A stretch of DNA of 64,000 nucleotides from assembly GCA_040219255.1 (NCBI GenBank), contig JAVJSW010000073.1, positions 1 through 64,000 of the forward strand, written 5' to 3'. Within the stretch, counting starts at the first letter, position 1. Each line of letters starts with the position of its first letter. Below, piece by piece: positions 45,181 through 52,976 of the stretch. The notes under the pieces were generated by a model. That model searched no databases. It saw only the letters and a program-made list of their open reading frames with translations, and was not told the origin of the DNA. Origin of the DNA: Sumerlaeia bacterium (lineage in GTDB: Bacteria > Sumerlaeota > Sumerlaeia > SLMS01 > JAHLLQ01). Made by a program: the position numbers and the translations under genes.

Positions 45181-46445
45181 CCCTGAGCGCTCCCGCCTCC
45201 GACCCCACCTCGTCCTACGAGCCGGCCGCCGAGACAGTCGCCGCCGGGCCTCTAGCGATCCTGTTCCACCGCTTCGGCCCTTATCACCGGGCCCGCATCG
45301 AGGGCGCCGCCCAGTTCGGTCCGGTCCTCGCCATTGAAATGTCGAGCCGCACCAGCGTCTACGCCTGGGACCCGGTCGAGTTGAGCGGCGACGTGCGCCG
45401 CGAAACGCTCTTCAAGGACTCTGACTCGCGCGAGCAGGACTTCGCCACCCTTTACGCCCGCATCGACCAGGTTCTCTCCGAGGCCAGACCCTGCGCCGTC
45501 GCTGTCAATGGCTGGTCCGACAACGGAGCGCTCGCGTCGCTCCTCTGGTGCCGCAAGAATGCCGTGCCAGCCATCGTGATGTCGGAAACGCAGGAGCGCG
45601 ATTTCGCCCGCGTCGGCTGGAAAGAATGGATCAAGCGGCGCATCGTCGGCGGCTTCTCCGCCGGCTTCGGAGGCGGGCACAACCACACCGCTTACCTGGC
45701 CAAGCTCGGCCTGCCGCGGGACTCGCTCTTCATCGGTTACGACGCCGTGGACAACGCCCATTTCCGCGAGAAATCCGCCGCCGCACGCCAGGACCCCGCC
45801 GCCGCCCGCGCCACACACGGTATCCCGGAACGCCCCTTTATTCTGACCTCCAATCGCTTCATCGAGAAAAAAAACCTCGCCCGCGTGCTCGACGCCTTCG
45901 CCCTCTATCGCAAGGAAGCCCCCCAAACCTCCCGCCTCTGGGACCTCGTGTTGCTCGGTGACGGAGACTTGCGAGCCGATTTGGAAGCCCGCGTCGCCGA
46001 GCACGGCCTGCAGGACCACGTCCACTTCTGTGGCTTTCGCCAGTACGACGAACTGCCCGCCTGGTACGGACTCACGGACCTCTTTCTTCACGCCAGCACC
46101 ACCGAGCAATGGGGCCTCGTCGTCAACGAAGCCATGGCGGCTGGCCTGCCGGTCGTCGTTTCGGAAGCCTGCGGGTCCTCCGAACTGGTGGCCGACGGCG
46201 AAAGCGGTTACCGCTTCGATCCCCTGGAAATGCGCCAGTTGGCGGACATTCTGCTCAAGATGGCTGCAGACCCGGAGAAGCTCTCCGCCATGGGCGAACG
46301 AGGTGCCGAGTTGATCGCCGATTACTCGCCCGCAACCTTTGGCGAGGGCATCTGGCGCGCCGTCGAAGCCGCCCGCCGCAACGGAGCCAAGCCCCTCAAT
46401 TTCCTCGATGCGCTGATCGTGCGCTACTGCCACCCGCGATCATGA
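45177..46445 (+). CDS. Glycosyltransferase family 4
   Basis: GPYHRAR, RFIEKKN, ASTTEQWGLVVNEA. ATGA overlap. Confidence 0.9.
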   Translation: MTLSAPASDPTSSYEPAAETVAAGPLAILFHRFGPYHRARIEGAAQFGPVLAIEMSSRTSVYAWDPVELSGDVRRETLFKDSDSREQDFATLYARIDQVLSEARPCAVAVNGWSDNGALASLLWCRKNAVPAIVMSETQERDFARVGWKEWIKRRIVGGFSAGFGGGHNHTAYLAKLGLPRDSLFIGYDAVDNAHFREKSAAARQDPAAARATHGIPERPFILTSNRFIEKKNLARVLDAFALYRKEAPQTSRLWDLVLLGDGDLRADLEARVAEHGLQDHVHFCGFRQYDELPAWYGLTDLFLHASTTEQWGLVVNEAMAAGLPVVVSEACGSSELVADGESGYRFDPLEMRQLADILLKMAADPEKLSAMGERGAELIADYSPATFGEGIWRAVEAARRNGAKPLNFLDALIVRYCHPRS

Positions 46446-47698
46446 GATCCCCCGCCGCTCCGACCGAAGTCAACCCGGCGCCGGCTTCCCCCGCGCCGCC
46501 ATCGCCGCTGACCGTGACCGTTCTGATGAGCGGTTGCTCGCGGCTCCAGGGCGGCATGTTCCATTCGATCCGGCGCCTGTGGCAAACGGCCCACGTCCGA
46601 GAAGGGATCGCCCCCCGCGTGCGCGCCGTGGCCGATCCTCACAGCGCCGAGGACAGCGCCACCTACGCCCCCATTCCCGTCGCGGTTTACCCCAGCACCT
46701 TCCCCCGCGTCGCTGCCTTCAGCAAACCGCTCGAAGCCGCCTGCCTCGCCGAGCCGCCCGCCCATGTCGTCTCCGTTCATGGCCTCTGGCAATACCACAC
46801 GCGCGTCGCCCTGCGGCTCCAGCAAACCCATGGCACGCCCGTCATCGTGCATCCGCACGGCATGCTGGAGGAATGGGCGCTTCAGTTCTCCCGCTGGAAA
46901 AAGCGCCTCGTGGGCGGGCTCTGGCACGATCGATTCATGCGCGACGCCAACTGCTTCCGCGCCCTCACCCGCTCGGAGTGGCAAGACGTCCGCCGCCTTG
47001 GCCTGAAAACGCCGGTGGCTATTATTCCGAACGGCATTTTGCTCGAGGACTACGCCGACCTGCCGGACGAGGATGCCTTCGCCGCCCGCTTTCCGGAAGC
47101 CGCCGGCCGCAAGCGACTCCTTTTCCTCTCGCGCATTCACCCGAAAAAAGGCCTGCCGCACCTGATCGAGGCGTGGAAGCAGGTCGCCGACGCGCGGGGC
47201 GACGACTGGGTCCTGATGATCGCCGGACCGGACCAGTTGGGCCACGAGGCGGAGATGAGGACCCTCGCGGCGGACCTGGGAATCGCTGACGCCATTCATT
47301 TTACTGGGCCTCTTTACGACGAAGACAAGCGCATCGCCCTCAGCGGCTCCCACGCCTTCGTCCTGCCGTCCTTCAGCGAAGGCTTCCCCGTGGCCGTGCT
47401 CGAAGCCTCCGCCTGTCGTCTGCCGATCGTGATGACGCCCCGATGCAATTTCCCCGAGTTGGAAGAAGCCGGCGGCGGTATCGTCTGCCAACCCGAGGTC
47501 GAATCGACCGCCGAGGCTCTGCGGCAGGTTCTCGCCATGTCCGACTCCGAGCGCGACGCCATGGGCGCGGCGGGCCGGCGCTTGGTCGAAGAACGATATA
47601 GCTGGGCGCAGGTTGCCCACGCGATGGGCGGGGTGACGCGGTGGCTGGCGGCGGGGGCGAAAAAGGCTGAGGCGCCGGATTGCGTTGTCTTCGATTGA
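46442..47698 (+). CDS. Glycosyltransferase family 4
   Basis: HGLW, PHGML, SRIHPKKG, PSFSEGFPVAVLEA. ATGA overlap. Confidence 0.9.
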   Translation: MRSPAAPTEVNPAPASPAPPSPLTVTVLMSGCSRLQGGMFHSIRRLWQTAHVREGIAPRVRAVADPHSAEDSATYAPIPVAVYPSTFPRVAAFSKPLEAACLAEPPAHVVSVHGLWQYHTRVALRLQQTHGTPVIVHPHGMLEEWALQFSRWKKRLVGGLWHDRFMRDANCFRALTRSEWQDVRRLGLKTPVAIIPNGILLEDYADLPDEDAFAARFPEAAGRKRLLFLSRIHPKKGLPHLIEAWKQVADARGDDWVLMIAGPDQLGHEAEMRTLAADLGIADAIHFTGPLYDEDKRIALSGSHAFVLPSFSEGFPVAVLEASACRLPIVMTPRCNFPELEEAGGGIVCQPEVESTAEALRQVLAMSDSERDAMGAAGRRLVEERYSWAQVAHAMGGVTRWLAAGAKKAEAPDCVVFD

Positions 47699-47779
47699 GT
47701 CGTAAGCGTAAAGAAACCAGCTCTGTGTAGCACTGGCGCCTCGCCCGTGACCAGCCAGCCTCCGCCTCCGGAACCCGCC

Positions 47780-48667
47780 CTACGCCCCTTCGTGCTTCAG
47801 CAAGCCCTGCAAGTACTGCGTATAGCTGGAGCCTTGCGGCATGCCCGCCAACAGCTCCGCGAACTCATCGCTGGAAATGAAACCCATGCGCCAGGCGACT
47901 TCCTCCGGGCAGCCGACTTTGAAGCCCTGACGCATCTCGATGGTTTCGATGAAGTTCGCCGCCGCCAGTAAGCTCTCGTGCGTGCCGGTGTCCAGCCACG
48001 CCACCCCGCGGCCCAGCTTCTGCACGCGTAACTTGCCTTCCCTCAGGTAATGGCGGTTGACGTCGGTGATTTCCAGTTCGCCCCGGGGAGAAGACTTCAG
48101 GTTGCGCGCTACTTCGACGACATCGCCATCGTAAAAATACAGCCCCGGAACGGCGTAACGGCTCTTCGGAGCCCTGGGCTTTTCCTCGATCGAGATCGCA
48201 TTGCCCGCGCTGTCGAAATCCACCACGCCGTAACGCTCCGGGTCGTTGACGGCGTAGGCGTAGACGACGCCGCCCTCGGTGAATTCGGTGGCGGCGCGGA
48301 AATCGCCGAGGCGCCCATAGAACATGTTGTCGCCCAGAATCAGGCTCACCCGGTCGTTTCCGATAAAGTGCTCGCCAATCAGGAAGGCTTGGGCGATGCC
48401 CTCCGGGGCCGGTTGTTCAGCATACTGGATCGAAAGGCCCCACTGCGAACCGTCGCCCAGCAACTCGTGAAAGCGCGGCAGATCGTGGGGCGTGGAAATC
48501 AGAAGGAAGTCACGAATGCCCAAGAGCATTTGGTGGCTCAGTGGGTAGTAGATCATCGGCTTGTCGTAAACCGGCATGAGTTGTTTGCTGGCCGACAGCG
48601 TCAGCGGATAGAGCCGCGTGCCCGAGCCACCGGCGAGCAGAATGCCTTTGAGAGTCGATGCGCACAT
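47780..48667 (-). CDS. rfbA: Glucose-1-phosphate thymidylyltransferase
   Basis: [53 protein letters not shown]. Confidence 0.96.
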   Translation of the reverse strand: MCASTLKGILLAGGSGTRLYPLTLSASKQLMPVYDKPMIYYPLSHQMLLGIRDFLLISTPHDLPRFHELLGDGSQWGLSIQYAEQPAPEGIAQAFLIGEHFIGNDRVSLILGDNMFYGRLGDFRAATEFTEGGVVYAYAVNDPERYGVVDFDSAGNAISIEEKPRAPKSRYAVPGLYFYDGDVVEVARNLKSSPRGELEITDVNRHYLREGKLRVQKLGRGVAWLDTGTHESLLAAANFIETIEMRQGFKVGCPEEVAWRMGFISSDEFAELLAGMPQGSSYTQYLQGLLKHEGA

Positions 48668-48862
48668 GGGCCGTCGGTTTCCTTTGGCTTCGCGAGGTCG
48701 GCGCCGCACGGGCGCGAGGCCTGGATAAAGCACCCCGCTGGCGGCTCCGCAACAGGCGACTGTGTGTTTGCGTCAGTCGCCGCAAAACCTTTTGCCCCGC
48801 AGCGCGGGAGCCCCGCTTCATCGTCCGCCCGTCTCGACCGCAAACGCTTGGAAAGGCCCCTC

Positions 48863-49327
48863 ATGCGCATCCTGATCCAGAGAGTCCGCTGCGCCGCCGT
48901 CCGTGTGGACGGCGAAACCGTCGGCGAAATCGGACCCGGATTGCTGCTCTTCGTGGGGTTGGGTGGCGAGGACTCGGCCTCCGCTTTTCCTAAGATCATC
49001 GAGAAGGTCACAAAGCTGCGTATCTTCCCCGACGACGAAGACCGGTTCGATCGATCCGTCGAAGACATCGGCGGCGGGATTTTGACCGTCAGTCAGTTCA
49101 CCCTCTATGGCGATCTGCGTCGCGGCCGGCGGCCTAGTTTTTCCGCCGCCATGCCACCCGCCCAAGCGCGCGCTCTTTACGCCGAGTGGGTCGGAGCGCT
49201 ACGCTTGGCCTACACCGCCGGGCCGGTGGCGGACGGCCAATTCGCCGCCATGATGGACGTGGACTTGGTGAACGATGGGCCCGTGACGCTTTGGCTCGAT
49301 ACTCGCGAATTCAATCCTTCTGAATAA
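48863..49327 (+). CDS. dtd: D-aminoacyl-tRNA deacylase
   Basis: MRILIQRV, LRIF, VSQFTL, GRRPSF, NDGPVT. Confidence 0.95.
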   Translation: MRILIQRVRCAAVRVDGETVGEIGPGLLLFVGLGGEDSASAFPKIIEKVTKLRIFPDDEDRFDRSVEDIGGGILTVSQFTLYGDLRRGRRPSFSAAMPPAQARALYAEWVGALRLAYTAGPVADGQFAAMMDVDLVNDGPVTLWLDTREFNPSE

Positions 49328-49351
49328 TCTCTCGCCGATCTGGAGCACTTC

Positions 49352-49882
49352 ATGCCGAAACGTATCGCTGTTTTGATCGCTGATATCTTTGAAGATATGG
49401 AAGCGATGTACCCCATCTTCCGCCTCCGCGAGGCGGGCTTCGAGGTCGTCACCATCGGCCTCGAAGCAGGCAAGACCTACACCAGCAAGCACCAGTATCC
49501 CCTGACCAGCGACGCGGGGCCAAAGGCCGCCAAGGCGGCGGATTTCGACGGCGTTTACATCCCCGGTGGCTACGCACCCGATAAGTTCCGCCGTGACAAG
49601 GACCTGGTGCAATTCGTCGCCGATATGGACAAAGCTGGCAAGATGATCGGCAGCATTTGCCACGGCCCCTGGATGCTGTGCGAAGCGGACGTGCTGCGCG
49701 GCAAGAACTTCACCTCTGTCGGGGCGATCCGTAGAGACTGCGAGAATGCCGGTGGCACCTATCACGATCAGGCGGTCGTTCAGGACGGCCACCTGTTCAC
49801 CAGCCGAACGCCCCCGGACCTGCCGGCGCAGATGCGTGCCATCCTCAAGTGGTTTGGCGTCGACTCGCCCCAAGTCAACTAA
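49352..49882 (+). CDS. PfpI/DJ-1 family protein
   Basis: FEDME, IPGGYAPD, ICHGPW, TSRTPPDL. GGAG RBS. Confidence 0.92.
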   Translation: MPKRIAVLIADIFEDMEAMYPIFRLREAGFEVVTIGLEAGKTYTSKHQYPLTSDAGPKAAKAADFDGVYIPGGYAPDKFRRDKDLVQFVADMDKAGKMIGSICHGPWMLCEADVLRGKNFTSVGAIRRDCENAGGTYHDQAVVQDGHLFTSRTPPDLPAQMRAILKWFGVDSPQVN

Positions 49883-49930
49883 CTCCCCGTTCCTCCTCTC
49901 GAACCGATCCTCGGAAGGCATCTCATCGCC

Positions 49931-50887
49931 ATGGCCCCAGAAAATCACTCCCGGCATCGTCCCCTCGCCGAGTTGACGCCGCTGCGCTTTACGCAATTCC
50001 GGCGCGCGTTGGCGCGGCTGACCACCTCTCCGGTTGCCGAGGACTGGTTCGAGGCGACGGAAATGGCGGCGCCCATCGCGGCCGATCTCGCCGGGGATAT
50101 GACGTTACTCAAGGCCCTGCGCGGGCCGACCATTACCATCCACGAATTCCTCGTCGGCGTGGAATTCGCCATCGGGCGCCAGATCCCGTTCCACGATGGC
50201 GGGGGCGGCGTCGAAATCGGCGAGCTGCGCCACGGCCTCGAAATCATCCTGCGCGCGGCGGTTATCGCCGGGCCATCGGCCACGGCGCTTCTGGCGCAGG
50301 AAGGGCCGGAGCTTGGAGTCGGCAAGATCCTCGACCTCTTCGATCGGGGCCCCGAACGCTTCGCCTCGCGCCGCTACTACGGCCAGACGGTCCCAGCCCA
50401 GCGCCTCCGCCATCTGCTCGAAACGCCACTCGAAATGCCGGATCATGTCGATGACCTGCTGGGCGAGGCGGCCGTCGGCGCCATGCCCGTACAGTTCGCT
50501 TGGCTGCCCGGCGAGGTGCGCCTCCCGCGGACGCTGGAGGGCAACATCGCCCTGTTCTTAAGCCTGCTGCCGCCGACCTACTCACCGGATCAGGCGGTCC
50601 GCCTGCTCAATGCGCTCTGCGCGGCGAACAAGCTGCCGCAGCCCCCCAGCATCGGGCCGCTCTTCGCGGATTTGCGCGGCCTGCCCGCGGATCGCGAGTG
50701 GGCGCCGCGCCGGGTGGCCCGCCTCCTGGAGTGGTTGCAAGACAACCTGCCGCCCCAGCCGGACCTGGGCCTGTCGGCGGTCGAGCAGCTCGAGGCGGGC
50801 GCCGAACGCGAGAAAGCCCTTGTGCGGCTTTTATCGAAAGCGGAGCGAATGGCCCTTGAACTGACCCCCGCTTCTTCCTCAACCTGA
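49931..50887 (+). CDS. Hypothetical protein (helical, no recognised motif)
   Basis: 318-codon ORF with host-like GC3 bias that fills the gap, co-oriented with its neighbours. Confidence 0.65.
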   Translation: MAPENHSRHRPLAELTPLRFTQFRRALARLTTSPVAEDWFEATEMAAPIAADLAGDMTLLKALRGPTITIHEFLVGVEFAIGRQIPFHDGGGGVEIGELRHGLEIILRAAVIAGPSATALLAQEGPELGVGKILDLFDRGPERFASRRYYGQTVPAQRLRHLLETPLEMPDHVDDLLGEAAVGAMPVQFAWLPGEVRLPRTLEGNIALFLSLLPPTYSPDQAVRLLNALCAANKLPQPPSIGPLFADLRGLPADREWAPRRVARLLEWLQDNLPPQPDLGLSAVEQLEAGAEREKALVRLLSKAERMALELTPASSST

Positions 50888-51137
50888 CGTATATCATCCC
50901 GGTGGATGACCGAAAACGTTGCTTGCCAACAGGCTTTTGAATAGCGACGATGCGGGGACGTAGAGTCCTTGGCCGCGCCGGTAGGGGCGGCGCCAAGGGC
51001 GTTCCCGGACCCGCCATGGCCCGGTAGAGGTAGAGGTTCCCATGATTGCCCCCGAACGGTGGAAACGGCTGCATCCGGTGCGAGACGTGGGGGCTTCCTT
51101 ATCCGATGCTTCGGAAGGCGAATTGGTGCGTCGCGAG

Positions 51138-51641
51138 ATGATGGAACGCAACGAACCGGACACGCGGATTCGCGACATATTGCGAGCCTGCCCTCTTTTT
51201 CTCGAGGTGCCCGTGCGGGACCTCGACCGAATCGCCGCGTCCTGCCAACTCTTTCGCACGTATCGCGGCCAGACCTTGATGGAGGAAGGCGATGAGGACA
51301 ACGACGTCTTCCTGATTCTGTCGGGACGGGCGACGGTATCGGTCGAGTCCATCTCCCCCTTCATCCAGGTTTCCCTCTCGCGCCTCAATCCCGGCGAAGT
51401 GGCCGGGGAGATGTCCCTCGTCAGCGACGACGTGCGCTCCGCCACGGTGGTGGCCGAAACGCCCGGCGACGTGCTTCAGGTCAAGGGTGAGGAACTGAAG
51501 GCGATGATGAAGGACGACCCCCAATTCGGCTACCTGATGATGCGCAACGTGGCGTCGATCCTCTCTCGCCGCGTTCGCCAGATGAATCGCCGGCTGACGA
51601 ATCTGGTCAAGGGCCCCTATTTTCAAACGGAAGAAGGCTGA
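51138..51641 (+). CDS. Stand-alone cyclic-nucleotide-binding domain protein
   Basis: CPLF, LMEEG, FLILSG, GEVAGEMSL...RSATV. No DNA-binding HTH. Start uncertain (51042 is possible). Confidence 0.85.
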   Translation: MMERNEPDTRIRDILRACPLFLEVPVRDLDRIAASCQLFRTYRGQTLMEEGDEDNDVFLILSGRATVSVESISPFIQVSLSRLNPGEVAGEMSLVSDDVRSATVVAETPGDVLQVKGEELKAMMKDDPQFGYLMMRNVASILSRRVRQMNRRLTNLVKGPYFQTEEG

Positions 51642-51735
51642 GCGGCCGGGCGTTCTGGCCGAATTTTCGCTCTTTCCCGGACAGGCGGGTGCCGGGGGCT
51701 TGGAACGTGCCGGCGCTGGCCGCTTCGCTCCTGGA

Positions 51736-51764
51736 TTGACAGCCTTTGCCGCCCGCGAGACGCT
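51736..51764 (+). promoter_or_regulatory. Possible sigma70 promoter of phoH
   Basis: TTGACA-N17-GACGCT about 45 nt upstream of the ATG. Confidence 0.35.
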
Positions 51765-51809
51765 GATTTTCAGGAAATCACGCGCAAGGCCGGGAGGGCC
51801 ACGTATCGT

Positions 51810-52934
51810 ATGGCAGAACGCGAAGAGCGGGTTATCACCCTGAGTCAATCCGAGGCCATGGAATTGGCCGGCGCCCGGGACGAAAAACTGAGGCGATTGC
51901 AGGAGCACCTGGAGGCCAAGGTGGTCCTGCGGGGAAACCAGCTCAAAATCGTCGGCCAAAGCGATGAAGTCGAGCGCACCGCCCATGTGATCGAGGAAAT
52001 TCTACACGTCGTGCGCAAAGGCGGCCGCCTCAGCGAGCAGCAGTTCCGCTCGGCCATGAGCTACGCGGCGGGCCGGGCGCGGTCGGGTCTCGATCCCAAC
52101 GGTCCCGCCGACGCCCCCATCGAGGCCCCCGCCACCGAAGCGGCCCGCTCGCCAAGCGCCTCCGTCACAGCCGCGCCCGTTGTGGCACCCGGTCCCGAAG
52201 GGGTGTCCAAGCGGGAAAGCACGCTCAGCGAACTGTTCCTCGACGAAATTCCGGTGCCGCTCAAGCGCCGCCGCCTCTCGCCGCTGACAACGGCTCAGAA
52301 GCGTTACATCCAGGCGATCCGCAAGTACGACATCGTTTTCGGCGTCGGCCCCGCGGGCACCGGCAAGACATACCTGGCGATGGCGATGGCCGTGGGAGCG
52401 TTGATCGAGGGCAAGGTGAACCGCATCATCCTCTGCCGCCCCGCTGTGGAAGCGGGCGAGCGGCTGGGCTTCCTGCCGGGCGACCTGGCGCAGAAGTTCG
52501 ACCCCTACGTTCGCCCCCTGTGGGACGCGCTCTACGAAATGATGGATGCCGACAAAATCAAGTCCGCCATCGAAAGCGGCGTGATCGAAATCGCCCCGTT
52601 GGCCTACATGCGCGGCCGGACGCTGAACAACGCGTTCGTGATCCTCGACGAAGGCCAGAACACCACCATCGAGCAGATGAAGATGTTCCTGACCCGCCTC
52701 GGCTTCGACGCCAAGGCCGTCATCACGGGCGATGTGACGCAGGTGGACCTGCCCCGGACCCAGCCTTCGGGACTGCTGCACGCGATGCGGGTCTTGAAGG
52801 ACATCAAAGGCATCGAGCATGTGCGCTTCTCGGGCCAGGACGTGGTGCGCCATCCGCTGATCATGAAGATCATCCAGGCCTATGAGCACGACAAGAACGG
52901 CCCAATGTCGAGCGACGCGGGGGAGGAAGAGTAG
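51810..52934 (+). CDS. phoH: PhoH-family ATPase (YbeZ-like)
   Basis: GPAGTGKT, RPAVEAGERLGFLPGD, APLAYMRGRT, LDEGQN, GDVTQVDL, DVVRH. Confidence 0.93.
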   Translation: MAEREERVITLSQSEAMELAGARDEKLRRLQEHLEAKVVLRGNQLKIVGQSDEVERTAHVIEEILHVVRKGGRLSEQQFRSAMSYAAGRARSGLDPNGPADAPIEAPATEAARSPSASVTAAPVVAPGPEGVSKRESTLSELFLDEIPVPLKRRRLSPLTTAQKRYIQAIRKYDIVFGVGPAGTGKTYLAMAMAVGALIEGKVNRIILCRPAVEAGERLGFLPGDLAQKFDPYVRPLWDALYEMMDADKIKSAIESGVIEIAPLAYMRGRTLNNAFVILDEGQNTTIEQMKMFLTRLGFDAKAVITGDVTQVDLPRTQPSGLLHAMRVLKDIKGIEHVRFSGQDVVRHPLIMKIIQAYEHDKNGPMSSDAGEEE

Positions 52935-52964
52935 AAACGCCCCCGCCCTCCGGCGGGGCCGTTT
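52935..52964 (+). terminator. GC-rich hairpin between phoH and the HD gene
   Basis: AAACGCCCCCGCC-CTCC-GGCGGGGCCGTTT, with only a short U tract. Confidence 0.4.
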
Positions 52965-52976
52965 CTCCGATTGCCG

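Noticed and set aside
50935-51035. Formal call of a c-di-AMP or c-di-GMP riboswitch
   Set aside because: Only fragments of the consensus match by eye. Kept as a low-interest finding, not as a feature.
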